Source: Bdellovibrionales bacterium (GTDB lineage: Bacteria > Bdellovibrionota > Bdellovibrionia > Bdellovibrionales > UBA1609). From it: 64,000 nt of DNA. Of the stretch, positions 59,800 to 64,000 are shown one piece after another; position 1 is the stretch's first letter, and each line of letters opens with the position of its first letter. The notes beneath the pieces were generated by a model. It ran no database searches, was not told the origin of the DNA, and worked only from the letters and a program-made list of their open reading frames with translations. The stretch is taken from positions 160,001 to 224,000 of the forward strand of contig CBDCMT010000001.1 in NCBI GenBank assembly GCA_965219095.1, given 5' to 3'. A program made the position numbers and the translations under genes.

Positions 59800-60613
59800 A
59801 ATCCCATTCAGGAGCAAAATCAGGAGAGATGAGGCGCTGGGTTTTGTGTTGTGAATCAATAAGCCTCATATCTTCCTTGGAAAGTTTAAAATCAAAAATA
59901 TGAAAATTCTCCTCTATATGTTTTCTGTTAGAAGATTTAGGAATGGCCACTACAGATGTCTGAGAAAGAAGCCACCTTAAAGCTACTTGACTGCAGGTTT
60001 TGTTATGCTTTTCAGCTATCTTTTTTAGAGTATGATTTTTGAAAACCCTTCTTCGTGCTAAAGGACAATACGCTGTTAAGAACATGTTATTCTTTCTTAG
60101 ACTTGTTAAAACTTTTTCTTGACTCAAAAAAGGGTGGTACTCTACTTGATTGCAGATAAGATCGGAAGCTAGAAGTTTGGCTTCCTCTATAAGTTTTGAA
60201 GGAAAGTTACTCAAACCTACAAAGCGTGTTTTCTTTTGCTCAACTAGTTTAACAAAAGCAGCTAAAGTTTCCTTTAAAGGAAAATCAGAATTAGGCCAAT
60301 GAATTAAAAGAAGATCAATGTAATTTGTTTTAAGTTTTTTTAAGCTTATTTCTGTACTTTTAAGAACTTCATTGAAAGAAAGTACATCTCTCCACACTTT
60401 AGTCACTAAAAAGATCTTATCCCTATCCACTAAAGACTCTTTGATTCCTAAGCCTACCTCAACTTCATTTCCATAAATTTGAGCTGTATCTATATGACGG
60501 TAGCCAACCTTCAAAGCTGTACAAACAGCTTCAGTACATTCTTTACCTTGACATTGCCAAGTCCCTATTCCTAGTTTAGGAATAGCAGTTTTTTTGTACT
60601 CTAAATACTCCAT
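59786..60613 (-). CDS. Aldo/keto reductase (2,5-DKG reductase-like)
   Basis: GYRHIDTAQIYGNE, DLLLIHWP, GLSNF, NQVEYHP and IPKS motifs. Confidence 0.93.
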   Translation of the reverse strand: MEYLEYKKTAIPKLGIGTWQCQGKECTEAVCTALKVGYRHIDTAQIYGNEVEVGLGIKESLVDRDKIFLVTKVWRDVLSFNEVLKSTEISLKKLKTNYIDLLLIHWPNSDFPLKETLAAFVKLVEQKKTRFVGLSNFPSKLIEEAKLLASDLICNQVEYHPFLSQEKVLTSLRKNNMFLTAYCPLARRRVFKNHTLKKIAEKHNKTCSQVALRWLLSQTSVVAIPKSSNRKHIEENFHIFDFKLSKEDMRLIDSQHKTQRLISPDFAPEWDSIEL

Positions 60614-60651
60614 ATACTAAGAGGCTATACTATTTTTTCATTTATGACAAT

Positions 60652-60679
60652 TTGACTTTCACACTGCTTATGGTAACCT
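60652..60679 (+). promoter_or_regulatory. Promoter for tRNA-Gly(TCC)
   Basis: TTGACT-16-TAACCT with a TG extension, 24 bp upstream of the tRNA. Confidence 0.55.
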
Positions 60680-60703
60680 AAATCAACTCACAGGTTGATT
60701 TAA

Positions 60704-60779
60704 GCGAGTGTAGCTCAATGGCTAGAGTATCAGCCTTCCAAGCTGAGGGTTGTGGGTTCGAGTCCCACCATTCGCTCCA
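60704..60779 (+). tRNA. tRNA-Gly(TCC)
   Basis: GCGAGTGTAGCTCAATGG...TCAGC-CTTCCAA-GCTGA...GGTTCGAGTCC...TCGCTCCA. Confidence 0.95.
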
Positions 60780-60890
60780 TTCATAGAACAAGTGAAAGTC
60801 TCTGAAATAAACCTAAATAACAAGTGTTAAAACGAAATAAACAACAGTAGGGCTTGATTTTGGTCAGAAAATTTTGGAGCATTTCAAAAC

Positions 60891-60934
60891 TTTGTGGCAA
60901 GTTTGTGGCAGATTTGTGGCAGATTTGTGGCAAG
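60891..60934. repeat. Four tandem 11-bp repeats TTTGTGGCARR
   Basis: tttgtggcaag tttgtggcaga tttgtggcaga tttgtggcaag. Confidence 0.92.
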
Positions 60935-61133
60935 TTTAAAAAGCTCCATCTTAAAAAAGACGAAAGGAAGCTAGGATTTGATATTTTAATGTTGGAGTTT
61001 CTCAAGTGAATGGCCAAGCTATTTTGTTTTAAGCCTCAAAGATGGCAGAGAATGCTATGCAATGATCAATAATGATGAAAGGAGAAAAACTATGTTTTCA
61101 ATTTTTCAATTCCCAAAATCGTAGGAGAGAACC

Positions 61134-61223
61134 AAATGCCATGCACAACATCTCTAGAACCCTCTTCTTTTTTTAATTTCTTTGATTTCATTGATTTTAT
61201 TTCAAACCCACATAAACACGCCA
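61134..61223. repeat. 90-bp target-site duplication, left copy
   Basis: Identical by eye to 63117-63206. Confidence 0.93.
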
Positions 61224-63116
61224 CCTGAGTTTGCCCTTTCATTAAAAAAACACCTTCAGATCGAAAACAATGCAGTTTCAGGTCTTTTTTCTTTAAGTTT
61301 ATAATATGTCAGGTAATGTGCAATTATATAACTTGGAGAAAAAAGAGGGAGGGATTTTTTATGTTCATGGCTTGTCCTAAAAGAAAAGATGGAAATATTG
61401 TAGTTAGGCTGATTGTATCCTATAGAAAGGAGGGTAAACCTAAATCCAAAATAGTTAAAACTATCGGTCAATCTAAAGATCCTAAAGCTGTAGAGCGGTA
61501 TAAAAAGATAGCTAAAGAATTAATTGAAAAAGAAAAAAAGGGACTTGTTTCAATAGAGGGTGCTATTCGTAATAAGATTACAGTAAATCTTTCAGATGTA
61601 GACAATGAAGAGCGTCGTAATAATGGCTTTAATGACATTCTAGGTTTTACTTACCAACAGTTGGGTTTTAATGATCTCATCCAAGCAGGAAGAGATCCTA
61701 AAAAGCTCAATGCTATTTTAAAGAATCTAGTTTTGATGAGAGTTTTTGATCCATCAAGTAAATTAAAAAGTTCCTATTTACTTGAGGAGCATTTTGGTAA
61801 AAATATAACTCTCAAACAAATTTTAAATTTGATGGATCACATATCAGATCAGGAAGAAAACATTAGGGATAGAATTTCCCAAGTTATTCTTAATGGGGAA
61901 AAGAGCTTAGACATTGTCCTTTTTGATGTAACGACCTTGGCCTTTGAAAGTGTTGTTCCCACGGACTTATTAGATTTTGGTTACAGCAAAGATGGTAAAC
62001 CTGGAGAGGTTCAAGTTGTTTTAGCTGTTTTATCGAATCAGAAGGGTTTGCCTATAAGTTATGAATTATTTGCTGGCAACACTTCAGAGTTTGAGACCTT
62101 TGAATCAATGATTAAGGGGGTTTCTAGGAAGTATAACCTTAGAAAGATAAGGGTTATAGCAGACCGAGGTTTGTTTTCCAATAGTAATCTTGAAGCTTTA
62201 GAGGGGTTAAATTCAGAGGGAATCAAGGCTGAGTACATTGTTTCTTGTCCCTTAAAAAAACTTCCTAAATCTCTTAAGGACAGTATTTTGAATAAGAGTA
62301 ATTACAAAGATGATGGTACAGAAGGCTCTAAAATCTTATACCATGAGGTTGAGTATAATAACCGACGAATTATTATAAGTTACAGTGAGAAACGTGGGCG
62401 ACATGATATAAAAAAAAGGGAACGTGCTGTAGAAAATCTAAAGGAGTTAGAAAAAGATGGAAAGATTAAAAGTTCTAAGCTGATAAAAGGTGGAGGGAAA
62501 AATAAATATATACAAAAAGTTCGTGGGGACACAAAGATTGATTGGAAAAAAGTGGAGCAAGACGCCTTGTGGGATGGTCTATATGGAGTTTGTACAAATT
62601 TAAAATCAGAGTCTGTTCATGCCATTTGTGAGGCCCGCTACAATCTTTGGCGAATTGAAGAGCTGTTTCGGATTAACAAACATAATTTAAAAATGCGACC
62701 CATATATCATAGAAAAACTCAAAGAATAAGATCACACATAGCTATTTGTTTTTTAGCTTATGTGGTTCTGAGAAGTACAGAAATAACTTTAAAAGAAGCA
62801 GGGGTGAATATTAGCTCCCAAGAGCTTATTGAGACTCTTAAGGATGTAGAAACTAATATTATTCGAAATAGAGTAAAAGTTCCCTCTAAAGCTTATGGCC
62901 TTCCTCGTAAGTTATCTGCAAAGGCTAAGAAAATTTATAAGCTCTTTGGAAAGGAGTTTCCTGAAAGAGCCTATGAAATAACATAATTGTGAATGTTTAT
63001 TGGAGAGCTTTTGGTATGTAGAAAAATGTAGTATGTCTTTTTCATTGGAACAGTGCATAAACCTAGTTATTTCAGATACTTAAAGTAATAGCTAAATTTG
63101 AAAGGGCAAACTCAGG
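61224..63116 (+). mobile_element. IS1634-family element, intact transposase (ORF 61316..62986; start probably ~61361)
   Basis: Perfect 18-bp IR CCTGAGTTTGCCCTTTCA; FDVTT, GYSKD, IADRG and WRIEELFR..MRPIYH motifs. Confidence 0.95.
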
Positions 63117-63206
63117 AAATGCCATGCACAACATCTCTAGAACCCTCTTCTTTTTTTAATTTCTTTGATTTCATTGATTTTATTTCAAACCCACATAAAC
63201 ACGCCA
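63117..63206. repeat. 90-bp target-site duplication, right copy
   Basis: Identical by eye to 61134-61223. Confidence 0.93.
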
Positions 63207-63588
63207 AGCCCCTCATATGTAAGTCGGTTATCTGACCGCCCTATCCAAGCCTAAATTTCTCTTATAAGTTTTTCTTAAGAAGGAGAATTTTATGGGAAGA
63301 AGAGAATTATTTAAAAGGATAACCTCTTTGCATCTCTTTGACATTTCGAGACGTGTCAGATCAAGTCGAATCGAGGGGTTATTTTGTATAACCTCTTGAA
63401 AACACTAAAAAGAGAATAAAAACAATAACTAACACTTCCTTGTTTCAGGCCAAATGCACACACTTTTTCACAGTTTTGGATAGTTAATCACGAACAAATC
63501 ACGAACAAATTCCTCAAGAAAATGGTAGGGAGAATAAAAACCGACCAACATAACTATGTTATGTTGTACTAGGTTTATAAAAAAACAA

Positions 63589-64000
63589 GAGGATGTCCCA
63601 TTTCTCGGTGGAATTAGTTAGAGGGCGATTTCATGTTTAAGCGACCTTTCTTTGTTTTGCAACCATTTTTTCTAAGTTTTCTTTAAAGTTTTTTAAATAC
63701 ATAAAGCCTCTGATTCGTTTAAATCTTTTCTCAGCATCAAAGAGAGTAACAGCAGCCCAACGACTCACTTGGTCTGCTCCTCTTTTCCAGTTCTTAACTC
63801 TCCCTGTTCTATACCTTGTGTAGGAAAACATGGACTCTATAGGATTTGTAGACAGTAAAGTCTTTTTTAAGGAGGGGGTAGCTTTAAGACGAATCACAGT
63901 CAAAGTCTCCTTACAAGCTTCTTCAAGAGATTCTAAAGCTGAATGGTTGATCTGTTTCAACCAACAAACTAACTCCTCATGCTCTTTCAAAGCCGATTCA
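63589..64000 (-). mobile_element. IS256 right part; runs off the window edge
   Basis: IR GAGGATGTCCCATTTCTCGGTGGAATT; transposase C-terminus, uninterrupted at the site where the 10518 copy carries IS630-A. Confidence 0.92.

Noticed and set aside
60891..60934. Short repeat arrays (also 10061 and 22389) as CRISPR
   Set aside because: No spacers, wrong unit size or copy number, and no cas genes.

Overview
AT-rich bacterial chromosome segment. The 16S signature and gene content suggest Bdellovibrionales/Bdellovibrionota (inference). Housekeeping blocks are mpl-ldcA-ampD-purF, hutI-glpK-sodB, murJ/rpsT, an AGCS symporter, carAB, an outer-membrane barrel plus lipoprotein, a GH3 ligase plus C45 hydrolase, rny and an AKR. 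They are separated by dense, nested insertion-sequence clusters that make up roughly 40-45% of the window by hand tally (IS1634, IS256, IS630, IS5, IS3, ISL3, IS481, IS66). There is one 16S rRNA gene followed by tRNA-Ile but no 23S; instead a now-broken large serine integrase ends inside the tRNA-Ile, suggesting an integrative element split the rrn operon. Other highlights: a 38-bp ISL3-derived micro-element with an 8-bp TSD, plus other end-to-end micro-elements; a conserved three-way-junction structure in the ISL3 leader; an IS1634 element with a perfect 90-bp target duplication; a HutI/pilin-like fusion; a GH3/C45 amide ligase-hydrolase pair; and several apparently leaderless housekeeping genes. 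All calls come from reading the sequence by eye; no searches were run.
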